A stretch of 64,000 nucleotides of DNA from an uncultured virus (IMG/VR IMGVR_UViG_3300028886_000081) (IMGVR_UViG_3300028886_000081), one strand, 5' to 3'; positions 21,461-31,666 are shown, numbered from the stretch's first letter. Notes: generated from the sequence alone by a model not told the origin. Numbers and translations: made by a program.

Positions 21461-21490
21461 TTTTTAAATTTTATTTCACGAAAATTTTAA

Positions 21491-22863
21491 GCAAGGAAGC
21501 CCACATGCTTTAGCTGTGGGAGGAATTGCTTAGTGCAAATATACATCTATTTTTATAATTAAATGAATTTTTTATGTTATTTTTTTGTTAAATATTGATA
21601 CTTTTTAAAATTAATAGTATATTTATGTATATACACAAGTGAAACGCAAATGGGTATTTGTACTTACATAGTCAAACTGAAAACAACAGAAGAAAACAAC
21701 AACTTCTGGAAAAGCAGACTGCAAAACGCAGCATCTGCACATGACTTGTGCATACAAATCATCAAACTAAACAATGTTAAACTCGGACTTAAAGAAGTAC
21801 ACGACGCAGTATATGAAACGTTAAGAATTAACTTCCCTGACTTACCGGCACAAGCCGTAATCAAAATCTATAAAAGCGTCATGTCCGAACTACGTTCAAT
21901 TATTTCGAATAAACACGAAGATGCAAAAGCACCGGTACGAAAAGGACTTGCCCTTGTGTTGGACAAGAGACTGTACAGTAATCTAAGTATTAACGGTATC
22001 AGTCTGTCAGATGCAAATCACGGCAAACGTACACATTACGACTTCGAGGTTTATGACAAACTAAAGGAAATGTTCTCCAAATACATACCATCCGACCCGA
22101 CATTGTTTATGAGAAGGGGCAGTCTATATCTTGCCATACCGTTTAACGTGGAGGACAAACCCGTAACAAATGACCGTTGTGTAGGTGTTGACCTTGGTGT
22201 AAGAAGGCTGTTCGTTACTTCTGACGGTATCGCATTCCGTGATAAGAAATACCTTGGAAACAGGCGAAAAGTCAGGTATCTTAAACGCAGTCTCAAATCA
22301 AAGGGTACTAAATCGGCATATAGGCATTTACGCAAGTTAAGGCGTAAGGAACGTAACATGTCAAAGGATATGCAGAACCGTGCGGTTAATGCACTGATTA
22401 AGTCAACAAATGCCGGTACGTTAGTCCTTGAAGATTTGAAAAAAATAAAGAATAACACATCGAAATTCGCAAACGGGGCTAAACGGAAGAAGCATAACAA
22501 TATGTTAAGTCAGGTTCCATTTGCGGAGTTCAAAGAACGTCTGACTCATAAGGCACACCTTTGCGGAATGAAGGTGAAAACAGTTAATCCGGCAAACACA
22601 AGTAAAACTGATAGCAGGACAGGAGAGAAGAACGGTGTACGTAAGGGTTGCCGTTATTACTGCAAGGATAAGGTTATACTTGATGCAGACTGGAACGCAG
22701 CAGTCAATATAGCTAAAAAAAGCAAACTCCCATGCTCGAATGAAGTTCCGAAAGACGGAACACTGTCGTTCTTGTGTGGCAGGCCCTTGCCAGTGGGCCA
22801 TACGTATGTAAACCCATCCTAGATGGTATTACAAGCCCACTCCTTTATGGGTGGGTAACTGAC
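21491..22863 (+). mobile_element. Non-autonomous IS200/IS605-family (IS1341-like) element
   Basis: Subterminal hairpins AAGCCCACATGCTTTAGCTGTGGG (left) and AAGCCCACTCCTTTATGGGTGGG (right, ending TGAC); tnpB only; ends approximate. Confidence 0.8.
21650..22822 (+). CDS. tnpB: RNA-guided endonuclease TnpB family protein
   Basis: RuvC motifs VGVDLG, LVLEDL, DADWNAAVNI. Confidence 0.92.
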   Translation: MGICTYIVKLKTTEENNNFWKSRLQNAASAHDLCIQIIKLNNVKLGLKEVHDAVYETLRINFPDLPAQAVIKIYKSVMSELRSIISNKHEDAKAPVRKGLALVLDKRLYSNLSINGISLSDANHGKRTHYDFEVYDKLKEMFSKYIPSDPTLFMRRGSLYLAIPFNVEDKPVTNDRCVGVDLGVRRLFVTSDGIAFRDKKYLGNRRKVRYLKRSLKSKGTKSAYRHLRKLRRKERNMSKDMQNRAVNALIKSTNAGTLVLEDLKKIKNNTSKFANGAKRKKHNNMLSQVPFAEFKERLTHKAHLCGMKVKTVNPANTSKTDSRTGEKNGVRKGCRYYCKDKVILDADWNAAVNIAKKSKLPCSNEVPKDGTLSFLCGRPLPVGHTYVNPS

Positions 22864-22927
22864 CAACACCTTAACAGCCCTTTCTCCTATCTTCACAATG
22901 GCGTTAGAGCCTGTTGGGAGTTGGGTT

Positions 22928-23160
22928 TTATTCCACTATAACTGTTTTTGTAGTGTAGTTAGAATAAACAACTATTTGTAATCCTTTATCGTTAGCGTTT
23001 ACTGGCATCCCTTGTAGATTATATCTAGCAACTTCTGTAATTTCAGCACCTGTATTTGCTCTTACACTCGGTGCAGCGTCAGAAGAGTCTGAATCAGATG
23101 AGGACTTTGAAAGTAAAAAGTATGTACAGCTTTTTAGATTACCAGACGAATTTACGCCAA
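22928..23160 (-). pseudogene. Startless fragment of a host T9SS-secreted protein C-terminal sorting domain
   Basis: Manual translation ..EITEVARYNLQGMPVNANDKGLQIVVYSNYTTKTVIVE*. Confidence 0.7.
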
Positions 23161-23637
23161 AGCAGACTTCTGTTCACTTTGCTTTTCCCTTAAATAGTAT
23201 TCACTTTCTTCCCAATGTTTTTGAATATATTCAAGCTGAGTGCCGTATTCCGTCGAAATACTACCGTTGGTAAGTTCTTTCCACTCACTCCCTAAATCCC
23301 ATATAGCAAGAATAACCTCTCTTGCCGGTACATTCATAATAGGTTTCTGTTCACCCTGCTTTTCAAGCCATGCAAGAATATCTTTATCGTATATACCGTT
23401 TGTTTGTTCTCCATTTTCAGAACCTTTTCCGAAGAAGTCAATGAGTGCCTTCCTTATCCTATCATCCTCTGATTCTGAGAGTTGGGGAAATAAACTTTCC
23501 AACACATACTTCTGGTCTGAATTAGCAGTTTTATAAAGCCTCCTTGCCTCTTCTATTTTCCTGTCAAGATGTTCCACAATCTGCTCCGGTGTAGGCATCA
23601 TTGACTCAATCTGTTTCTGCATTTCTTCTGTATTCAT
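23152..23637 (-). CDS. 5' half of modular family gene, truncated by insertion
   Basis: FPQLSESEDDRIRK..LAWLEKQGEQK; stops at EQKSA, where paralogs continue WSEEDE. Confidence 0.75.
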   Translation of the reverse strand: MNTEEMQKQIESMMPTPEQIVEHLDRKIEEARRLYKTANSDQKYVLESLFPQLSESEDDRIRKALIDFFGKGSENGEQTNGIYDKDILAWLEKQGEQKPIMNVPAREVILAIWDLGSEWKELTNGSISTEYGTQLEYIQKHWEESEYYLREKQSEQKSALA

Positions 23638-23910
23638 AACTTTGTGCTACCTTTTATCTGATTATTTTAATCCTCTTTATTACAGTATAAACCACCGGGG
23701 CAACTTGTATCATTGAATGGACAATCCTTGCATTTATCATTTATATTTCCCTTAATGTGAAACGGAAATACATCAGCCAACTTCTTTGTCTGCTCTATGT
23801 CTGTGTAACTCTTCATAACCGTTCTCTGTTTTTTTCTGCAAAGGTAAACAAAAAATTCATAAACACAAAATATTTTAACACAGTTTAACTTTTATTTATG
23901 TTTGTTAAAT

Positions 23911-24123
23911 TCAAACCCTTACATTTGACAAAGTGAATATATCATAGAATTGGTCGTATGGGAAATAGTTAATCACGACACCTTTAATATTGTCACTACG
24001 ACCACACAAATCACCGTTTGAAAGTAGCTCAAGCCAGTAGCGTTCACCTTTCTTAAATACTTCAAAGTCCTTGTTGCAAATCAGCCAATTCGTCAATGCT
24101 GTTCTTAATTCCTGTTCTTCCAT
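23911..24123 (-). CDS. Hypothetical protein
   Basis: 70 aa ORF. Confidence 0.65.
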   Translation of the reverse strand: MEEQELRTALTNWLICNKDFEVFKKGERYWLELLSNGDLCGRSDNIKGVVINYFPYDQFYDIFTLSNVRV

Positions 24124-24127
24124 AGTC

Positions 24128-24331
24128 TTATTGTTTTTTAACCCTAACTATCCAGCCGTAAACGCTGTCTAACTGCAACTCTCCATCTTTTCCGTACTTC
24201 TCTTTAAGTATCTTCTGTACTTCTTGTGCATCGGAATAAGTACCTCCACTGTCGTAGAACTCATACGTATCGTTCTCGGAAAACTTTCTTGCTGCCATAT
24301 TCTTTCCGTTTTCTTTCAGCCATACTATCAT
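24128..24331 (-). CDS. Hypothetical protein
   Basis: 67 aa ORF; start uncertain. Confidence 0.55.
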   Translation of the reverse strand: MIVWLKENGKNMAARKFSENDTYEFYDSGGTYSDAQEVQKILKEKYGKDGELQLDSVYGWIVRVKKQ

Positions 24332-24353
24332 TTCAAATGCCGCATCAACATAG

Positions 24354-24962
24354 TTATTTTCCTATTAATGTAAACACGACAACAGTTGCATTTGGATTTA
24401 CTTTATATATGGTATTGATAATGTAACTCAATGTTGCACCACTTGTCATAACATCATCAATAACCAGTACTTTCGGCTGTGTCAGTTTATTGAATGCTTC
24501 TTTAACTAATTCAAAGGTCAGAAAATCAGGATAGCCGAATAATCTTATGTAAGATATTACTTTCCTGTTTATTTCTGAAATTGACTGGGGATAGACAACT
24601 GTATCGTATTCCCTGATATTTATTGTGTCATCCAAAGAGTTAACTGCCTTTTCAATAAATGCAGATACATCACCATTATCCATATTTTCATGAAATTTTA
24701 TATATTCTATAAAATTTGCCCTAACTGACGAGTCCACATCATCTTCAAACTGATATTTGAAATAAAAACACTTATTATATATACTGCTCTGAAACAAGCC
24801 GTGATTAGTCAGTTTTATAATATCATGTTCTGAATCCTGGGTAAAATCAAATGTGAATGAATTACTACGGCTGTCATATTGAACACCTTCAACCAATTTG
24901 CCATTCGGCTTTCTAATGCTGTTTAATGTTTCATTTACTATTCTGTCTATTATCTGTTTCAT
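24354..24962 (-). CDS. Phosphoribosyltransferase-motif protein with IDRIVNETLN leader
   Basis: PRPP-binding loop VLVIDDVMTSGAT. Confidence 0.7.
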   Translation of the reverse strand: MKQIIDRIVNETLNSIRKPNGKLVEGVQYDSRSNSFTFDFTQDSEHDIIKLTNHGLFQSSIYNKCFYFKYQFEDDVDSSVRANFIEYIKFHENMDNGDVSAFIEKAVNSLDDTINIREYDTVVYPQSISEINRKVISYIRLFGYPDFLTFELVKEAFNKLTQPKVLVIDDVMTSGATLSYIINTIYKVNPNATVVVFTLIGK

Positions 24963-24985
24963 GTTATCTCTTCTTTTCTTTATTG

Positions 24986-25336
24986 CTACCAGCAAATGCT
25001 TTCCTGATACGGATGAGGTATTATTGTATTGTCAAATTCAAATATATAGTACCCGCCACAGGCATGCCTGCTGTAATTTTCCTCTTTATTGTCAATAAGA
25101 TATATAATCATTCCACAAACAGGAACATTATCTTCATCTGAAAATATACGGATTTTCTCAGGCCTTAATGTATTCCTGTCATAAAGTTCATCAAAACTGT
25201 GTTTATGGGATGTTTCAGCTTCCTGAAGAATCATCTTTATGTCACGCTCAATTGCAAACCGGCAATCGTAGTGTTTGCCTAAGTATTCAAATCCGTTATC
25301 CTTAATAGGATATTCTTCTTTCTTGATTTTTGCCAT
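24986..25336 (-). CDS. Hypothetical protein
   Basis: 116 aa ORF. Confidence 0.7.
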   Translation of the reverse strand: MAKIKKEEYPIKDNGFEYLGKHYDCRFAIERDIKMILQEAETSHKHSFDELYDRNTLRPEKIRIFSDEDNVPVCGMIIYLIDNKEENYSRHACGGYYIFEFDNTIIPHPYQESICW

Positions 25337-25345
25337 AGTTATACC

Positions 25346-26113
25346 CTAAATTTGTTTGCTGTACTTCTCTTCTGAAATTCGTTTGCCGGCAATGTCAAAA
25401 TACTTCTCTTCTTTCTCTATTCCTATGTATTGTCTGTTTTCCTTTATAGCAGCAACGATTGTACTGCCACTACCCATCGTGTTGTCAAGTACAACATCGT
25501 TTTCGTTTGTGTAGGTACGAATTAAATACTGCAACAGTTCAACTGGCTTTTGGGTAGGATGAAACTTAACCTTGTCGCGGTTGTAGTGCAGAATGGTCTT
25601 AGGGTATCGCTTTCCCTCATTCTTGGTTTCGATGGCTTCGACCATGTTCTTTGTGTCATAGTTATGCTCCATCTTTCCCTGCTTGCAAGTGTACGGCTTA
25701 CCCTCAGTCATTTGCGGATGATAAACCATTGCATTATCCGGATTCTTTACGTAGCATGCTGCAAGGTTGGAAAATACAAGTATATTCTCATGACTCTTAA
25801 GCGGTGCATAGTTAGCATTCAGGAATCCCGTTCCCATTTCCTTTTCCCATATCCATTCGTAACGGAACATCTTCGGATTGCTCATCACCAATGCCGACGT
25901 AAAAGGCTGCTGACTAAATAATACAATCGCACCCTTTGGCTTGATTACACGTTTGTACTCTGCCCATAACTTGTCAATAGGTATCAGACAATCCCATGAG
26001 TTTTTTGTTGAGCCATAAGGTAAATCACACAATACCATGTCAATGCTATGGTCTTCTATTTCCGGCATCAAGTCCAGACAGTCACCTAAGTAAATTTTGT
26101 TTAATTCTAACAT
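25346..26113 (-). CDS. DNA methyltransferase, N4/N6 (beta class)
   Basis: GDCL, DLPY, HPTQKPV, LDNTMGSGST; start at MLELNKIY. Confidence 0.92.
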   Translation of the reverse strand: MLELNKIYLGDCLDLMPEIEDHSIDMVLCDLPYGSTKNSWDCLIPIDKLWAEYKRVIKPKGAIVLFSQQPFTSALVMSNPKMFRYEWIWEKEMGTGFLNANYAPLKSHENILVFSNLAACYVKNPDNAMVYHPQMTEGKPYTCKQGKMEHNYDTKNMVEAIETKNEGKRYPKTILHYNRDKVKFHPTQKPVELLQYLIRTYTNENDVVLDNTMGSGSTIVAAIKENRQYIGIEKEEKYFDIAGKRISEEKYSKQI

Positions 26114-26165
26114 ATTGTATTTTTTTAAACTTAAACCTCTTCTGAAATTCGCTTGTTGGCAATAT

Positions 26166-26753
26166 CTACATATTCCTGATAGTAGATGAATAATAGTCAT
26201 CTGCATACATCCACCGGAAGCCTTTATAGACATTCCCTTGTTTGCCGTATTTATTCCGGCAACATTCAGACACATGACCTGAATCAAATCCGTTTCTTCC
26301 GCATTCAGCGGTACTTTCCCATTCTTTTATGAAATTGTAATCAAAAGTCAGTTGTATGGGTTTCTTGGATAGTTTTCCGTTCGTCATGGTTTCTGCCACT
26401 CGTTCGTTTCGTGTTCCGTGATTAATATTATATTTTGTAGTACACCATTCGAGGTTACTTACTTGATTGTTGGTTTTATCTTCATCTATGTGGTTAATTT
26501 CCGGTAAGTTGTACGGATTTTCGATAAAGGCTTGCGCTACTAACCGGTGAACTGTGTAAGTTTTAGCCTTACAATCTTTGTGAAGGCCAACGACCAGATA
26601 ACCGCGTTTGTCTTTACAAGTTTTTAATATTCTACCTTCTTGAAAATAACCTTTTCCTTTACCCTTCCACATTCCAAGGCTTCGTACATTACCTAAGTTC
26701 GACACTTCATACAAGCCTTCATATCCGGCAATACTTTTAAATAGTTCCAACAT
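26166..26753 (-). CDS. NUMOD4-HNH homing endonuclease
   Basis: GYEGLYEVSNLGNVRS; VHRLVAQAF..INHIDEDKTNN..NLEW. Confidence 0.92.
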   Translation of the reverse strand: MLELFKSIAGYEGLYEVSNLGNVRSLGMWKGKGKGYFQEGRILKTCKDKRGYLVVGLHKDCKAKTYTVHRLVAQAFIENPYNLPEINHIDEDKTNNQVSNLEWCTTKYNINHGTRNERVAETMTNGKLSKKPIQLTFDYNFIKEWESTAECGRNGFDSGHVSECCRNKYGKQGNVYKGFRWMYADDYYSSTIRNM

Positions 26754-26756
26754 ATC

Positions 26757-27047
26757 TTAATATATATTCTTTTCCTGTTTCTGTAAACGCGAATGCCAGT
26801 ATTCCTCACCGATATGCTCAATAAGGGTCTGTTCTATCCCGTTTGCTTCACGGAATCCGTGCAACTCCCTGATTTTCTCAAGCGGTGTATTATGCATACG
26901 TTCCACTATGTCAACCCCGATTTCCTCTATTTCCTCAGAACCGTTAAGCTTTATATATACAGTACCAAGTTGCCTATGATGAGCATATACAAACCTGTCA
27001 CTCAGGAAATACGGATTCGGTACACTATAACAAGTTCTTTCTTCCAT
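26757..27047 (-). CDS. Hypothetical protein
   Basis: 96 aa ORF with promoter at ~27073-27080. Confidence 0.7.
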   Translation of the reverse strand: MEERTCYSVPNPYFLSDRFVYAHHRQLGTVYIKLNGSEEIEEIGVDIVERMHNTPLEKIRELHGFREANGIEQTLIEHIGEEYWHSRLQKQEKNIY

Positions 27048-27113
27048 AACATATCTTTCTGTTTAACAACCGCAAAGGTATGACATTATATACTATTGAA
27101 CAAATTTCTGAAG

Positions 27114-27437
27114 TTAAACTTTGTTAAACGACTCTAAAACCGTTGACGTGTTAATAACCCTCAAGCCCTCTTCCACAGTTAACCTGTATTGCTTTTCTTT
27201 CTTCATGTCATAATTACCGCTTTCCAAAGCTGCCTGTATATTGTCTATCGATTTTTTCAGTATTTCAAGACACTCTTTCGGAAATTCATTTACCTGTTCA
27301 TCATCTTTCAGATAGACGAAGTAATTGACAATGTCACGGTCTTTCTCGATTTCACTTTCATCCTTACTGAACCTGTTCCATATCTGACCGGTTTCATCTA
27401 CCCAAACCATATCCTTTTTTCTGCAAATATACTGCAT
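27114..27437 (-). CDS. Hypothetical protein
   Basis: 107 aa ORF; start uncertain. Confidence 0.55.
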   Translation of the reverse strand: MQYICRKKDMVWVDETGQIWNRFSKDESEIEKDRDIVNYFVYLKDDEQVNEFPKECLEILKKSIDNIQAALESGNYDMKKEKQYRLTVEEGLRVINTSTVLESFNKV

Positions 27438-27538
27438 TTAACGGAATATGCAAATTTTATCGGTTAAAAAATACTAAACCGCAAGCCTTTTCTTAACATA
27501 GTATAATATTTAATATTATACTTAACTATACAGAAATA

Positions 27539-27898
27539 ATGAAACAGAGAATAAGAATAACAGAGAGTGACCTTCATAGAATTGTGAAGCAATCAGTAAA
27601 GAGAGTATTGAGAGAATCTCAGTTTATGAATGATGAAAATATTGCCAGCCAATACAAAGATATGAGAATAACATATTTTGATATAAAGCCTCTGATAAAT
27701 TCTGATGGATGGAAAGGAACTTTCGAACTTGAATTCCCTAATGCTGATGATGTTGATTTTGACGGAACGATGGTTAATGATTTTATTGTATATGATATGG
27801 TAGGAAACCAAATTGCTTGGGACAATTGGATGCCTGATGAGCAAACAAAACGTTTAGAGAAGATTATTAGGCAAGAAATTGTTAAGAGAACCCGTTAA
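27539..27898 (+). CDS. Protein with ITESDLHRIVKQSVKRVLRE leader (putative virion-internal protein)
   Basis: Leader motif; followed by hairpin plus U-tract at ~27968-27995. Confidence 0.8.
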   Translation: MKQRIRITESDLHRIVKQSVKRVLRESQFMNDENIASQYKDMRITYFDIKPLINSDGWKGTFELEFPNADDVDFDGTMVNDFIVYDMVGNQIAWDNWMPDEQTKRLEKIIRQEIVKRTR

Positions 27899-27899
27899 G

Positions 27900-29590
27900 C
27901 CGCCATCAATCCAACCCTAATCTAAGACCATTTCTTGATAATACCAATGGACTTCTTGAACATATGGGCGAATCTCTCTGATTCGCTCTTTTTTTATCTT
28001 CAGACACTCCATAACAGAGCCGATTTACTGCTCTAACTAATATACAACGTAACTTGCTGATTATCAGATAGTTACATAAAATTTTGATACCATCCCCCAT
28101 CCGGACAAACCAGTACGGTCAGGAAAGGCGGTAAATAGGACACAGGTAAGCTGAAATAAGTATTTGAGAACCATTAATCGTAAATATTTATGGGACAGGA
28201 CTGTAAATGCGTAATTTTCAAGCACATACGAAACAGAGACAGAAATCCTAAAGAAAAACGGCGTGTAGTGAGGGAAGGAAATTTGAAACTAATTGAAATG
28301 AAATTGTGTAGGAAGATTAAAATGAAATGTATGTGTCGTAAAGGAAATGTATAGTAGGTTTAAAAGAAAATAGATTAACATATATTGAATGATAAATGTA
28401 TAGGATTGTAAATGAAATAGTATAGGATAGATTTTGTATTGAAACAGTACTGAATTTGTATAGTAAGGTTAAAAGAAAATATGTAGGAAGAATAATATAT
28501 AGATAGTAGATAGATATAGTATAGATAACAGGTAGTTTTATGCTGAAGTCATATAGTAGGTTTAAAAGAAAATTTTATATTGAAAACTGATTGAAAATTC
28601 TGTGTCCTCCATCAATTTCCGGAAAAAAATTATTAAAAATTTAAAATTAGATAATTAGTTACTATATACTATATATACCGTACTCATTTGAGTACATCTA
28701 TACCACATTTTTAGTATTAACTTATTATAATTCAATTATTTAGTATTTAATTTTTAGTTTCCCTCAATTATCCCCCTTGTATTATATTATATGACATTCT
28801 GCACATTATATTGTAATGATATTATGTGCAATATTATATATAACATTATTAAGTATTTAATATTACATCTCTGTTATATATCATATTATATACCGGTTAT
28901 ATTTCATATTATATATTATGTTATGTAGAATGTTATATATTCTGATAACGGTTATTATTATAATGTGTATTATTATTCTGTGTATATTACTGTTATGATT
29001 CTATTTGTATTTCTGCTTTAGTTTTTAAGCAGATAGTATATATCATATTTTTAAGTTTATGATATTATAGGAATTAAGTATTATATAATTAGTAATTCAT
29101 TATATAGTATAAAATGTCAAAAATTAAAGTTTTGTATTTAGAAAAATTGAAAAAACGTCAAAAAAACGCTGTTTTAAGGCTGCTATAGACATTTTACTTA
29201 TAATGTTGATTTTCAATCAGTTAAAAAATTGGTGTTTTAAAAAATGCTATAGAGAAAAAATTTTTTATCACCTACTGGTTTGTGTTTGATATATTTTTCA
29301 TTTTATGAATGTCAAAAATTAAAGTTTTGGGTGATAGGGAGATATAAATCTGTATAAAAAACAGTGTTACATTTAGTATTTGAATAGGATATTTCAATTA
29401 GTATAGTTCTTCTTGTTGATGTAGGGTATTAGATATTTTAATTAGTATTATTATTGATATGTTGGTATGTATTATTAAGTACTAAAAAATTAGTAGTCCA
29501 TTGAATTAACATAAATTAACAAAAAAAGTACAGTCATGATGGAGACTATACTTTAGAGTTTCACTTCTACCTTTGTTTTATCATTTTGAT
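27900..29590. other. Long AT-rich non-coding region with strand-composition switch
   Basis: No credible ORFs; purine-rich to ~28600 then T-rich; short direct repeats. Confidence 0.7.
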
Positions 29591-29657
29591 AGTGCAAAGG
29601 TACGAAGATATTTTGGATTATGCAATAGTTTGTATGTTAAATGATGTTAATAGGATG

Positions 29658-30266
29658 TTATTTTATTATTTCGACATATTTGGATGACTGTTCTGTTACG
29701 TAGGGATTATGTTCAACGACTTCGATATTAAGTACTTTATGTTTCTTTTGGAACCATCTTAGCAGGAAGAATTTCTTCGGTGGGTTGACGGTTTCTTTCT
29801 TAGTGAATGCTATGATATGTTTATCCGATTTGAAGTACGGTGTTGTTATGATGGTTGAGGGGTAGATGAGTTTAAGGTTCATGGTGTACCATTGGTTTTT
29901 GTCCTGTAGTGTGGTATCGATGTTCAGTGTAGGGTTTCTGAACAGTGTATCGGTTACTGTAATGGTGTCTGTCCTTGTGAATGAGGACTTTACGGACTGT
30001 AGTGCCTTGAGGTTTTTGTCCTTTATCTTGAGTTGTGTTCTTGTGTCATTCAGTGCCACAAGAACGGAGTCATTGAAATACTTGAGTTGGTTTACTGACA
30101 GCTGTAATGCTGTGTTTTTGTTTTTATTCTCTGAGAGTTCCTCTGCATAGGCTTTTACGTTGGCTTCTGCTGTCTTCCACTTATTGCTTGTTGTATTAAG
30201 CTGATACGTGAGTATTGCTATTACTCCTATAAGCAATGCAATTGTAAGAAATAGATACTTCTTCAT
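29658..30266 (-). CDS. Membrane-anchored coiled-coil protein, possible spanin-like lysis accessory
   Basis: N-terminal TM, coiled coil, PPKKFFLLRWF; function inferred. Confidence 0.55.
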   Translation of the reverse strand: MKKYLFLTIALLIGVIAILTYQLNTTSNKWKTAEANVKAYAEELSENKNKNTALQLSVNQLKYFNDSVLVALNDTRTQLKIKDKNLKALQSVKSSFTRTDTITVTDTLFRNPTLNIDTTLQDKNQWYTMNLKLIYPSTIITTPYFKSDKHIIAFTKKETVNPPKKFFLLRWFQKKHKVLNIEVVEHNPYVTEQSSKYVEIIK

Positions 30267-30322
30267 TATTGTTTTATATTAATTGATTTATTTTAATTTA
30301 GTTCTTTTAAGATAAATAGGAT

Positions 30323-30532
30323 TTACCGGTTTTCCTTTAGTCTTCTCTGCTTGCAGTACTTGCAGTTTCCTTTATGGGAGAAATATCCGTAGCCTTGATA
30401 CATTACTGTTTTTTTGGCTATGAGGTATTCACATGAATCAATTTCAATTGCTTTGAAAGTTTCCGGTTTTGGATTATTACATGAACAGAGTATTAGAAAT
30501 GTCCCTGATAAAAACGTGATAATTTTGTTCAT
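30323..30532 (-). CDS. Putative small lipoprotein (DSCEY..HKGNC family)
   Basis: LILCSC lipobox-like; paralog of 14412. Confidence 0.75.
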   Translation of the reverse strand: MNKIITFLSGTFLILCSCNNPKPETFKAIEIDSCEYLIAKKTVMYQGYGYFSHKGNCKYCKQRRLKENR

Positions 30533-30574
30533 TTTTCTTTAAATTAAATTTAACATGGAAAATATACTATTTTA

Positions 30575-30995
30575 GGGGTTGAAGTCCGATAAACAGTGAC
30601 TTTGCAGGGAGAAGATGGAAATCATTTCCATCTTGCAGGATGAGACTATTTGAAAATCAGACAGTTAACATAGTAATTTCATTTAGGATGAAAAACGGTC
30701 AAAATGGGGTTGAAGTCCGATGGATAGTGAGTTTGCAGGGAAAAGATGGAAAAATGGTGCTGTTTTTTGAGTGAAATTACATTGTCATTTCCATGTTGGA
30801 AAAGTATGAAAAATGGGGTAAAAGCACGATGAATAGTGACTTTGCAGGGAGAAGTGTGCAATCATTTCCATCTTGCAGGATGAGACTATTTGAAAATCAA
30901 GCACTTAACATGGTAATTTTGAAAAGTGTGAAAAACACCTCAAATAGGGTTAAAGTCCGATAAACAGTGACTTTGCAGGGAAAAGATGGAAAAAT
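30575..30995. repeat. Four ~45 bp direct repeats in 240 bp higher-order tandem
   Basis: GGGTTxAAGTCCGAT..AGTGACTTTGCAGGGA at 30575, 30706, 30815, 30946. Confidence 0.85.
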
Positions 30996-31004
30996 GGGGT
31001 TAAT

Positions 31005-31148
31005 TCATTTTTTGTCAATTTCGCGGTATTCGTTCTTCAATTGTTTGCCGAATTGGTATGGTGTCTTCTCTCCTTTGAAGTTAAACCACTCAGTCCATTC
31101 CTTGCCGTTTTTAGTCCACCGCTGATAGCGTTTTTGGAGTTGTTTCAT
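31005..31148 (-). CDS. Small hypothetical protein
   Basis: Manual translation MKQLQKRYQRWTKNGKEWTEWFNF.. 47 aa. Confidence 0.55.
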   Translation of the reverse strand: MKQLQKRYQRWTKNGKEWTEWFNFKGEKTPYQFGKQLKNEYREIDKK

Positions 31149-31486
31149 GACGGTTTTTCTCTTATTAACTTTTCTTTCTTTATATATTTCTTTCTTTTGA
31201 TAATTCTCTTACTAGGATTTTTTTTAAATAAAATAAAAAAAATCTAAAGTACTATACTAGTCTAGTACTTATATACTGGAACTATAGTACCTGGGACTAT
31301 AACGTACTGGACTAGTAGGGAATTTTTTTTCTAAGTTTCAAGTCAAATTGAACGTAATGTTTCCAACTTTGGTTTTGGAAACATTTTACTTTCAGACGTT
31401 GAAGGCTCATTCCCATTTCGCCTTAAACATCCTCCATATGAAAAATTTGTTCTTTTCTCATAACGGTTCCCGGTAAGCGTGAAGTA

Positions 31487-31666
31487 TCACAGTTGGAAAA
31501 ATCTGAATTCAGATGAGAGTTTAAAACCGGTTTCAACTGAAGCACGTATAGCATCACCGGCCTTGTCATACTTCATGGCATTTGAAATGTCTTTTGTTAA
31601 CGTTTCACCGTCTTCGGATAAAAACCCTTTCAAGTCTTCTGAATAGATTACGAATACATTGTTCAT
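31487..31666 (-). CDS. Small hypothetical protein
   Basis: Manual translation MNNVFVIYSEDLKGFL.. 59 aa. Confidence 0.55.
   Translation of the reverse strand: MNNVFVIYSEDLKGFLSEDGETLTKDISNAMKYDKAGDAIRASVETGFKLSSEFRFFQL

Noticed and set aside
21650..22822. Cas12f/type V effector
   Set aside because: IS200/IS605-type end hairpins are present and there is no adjacent array
26114..26287. 313 aa form of the MTase
   Set aside because: Extension overlaps the HNH gene; MTase motifs begin at MLELNKIY
30575..30995. CRISPR array
   Set aside because: Spacers are too long, two are near-identical, repeats are degenerate and no cas genes are present
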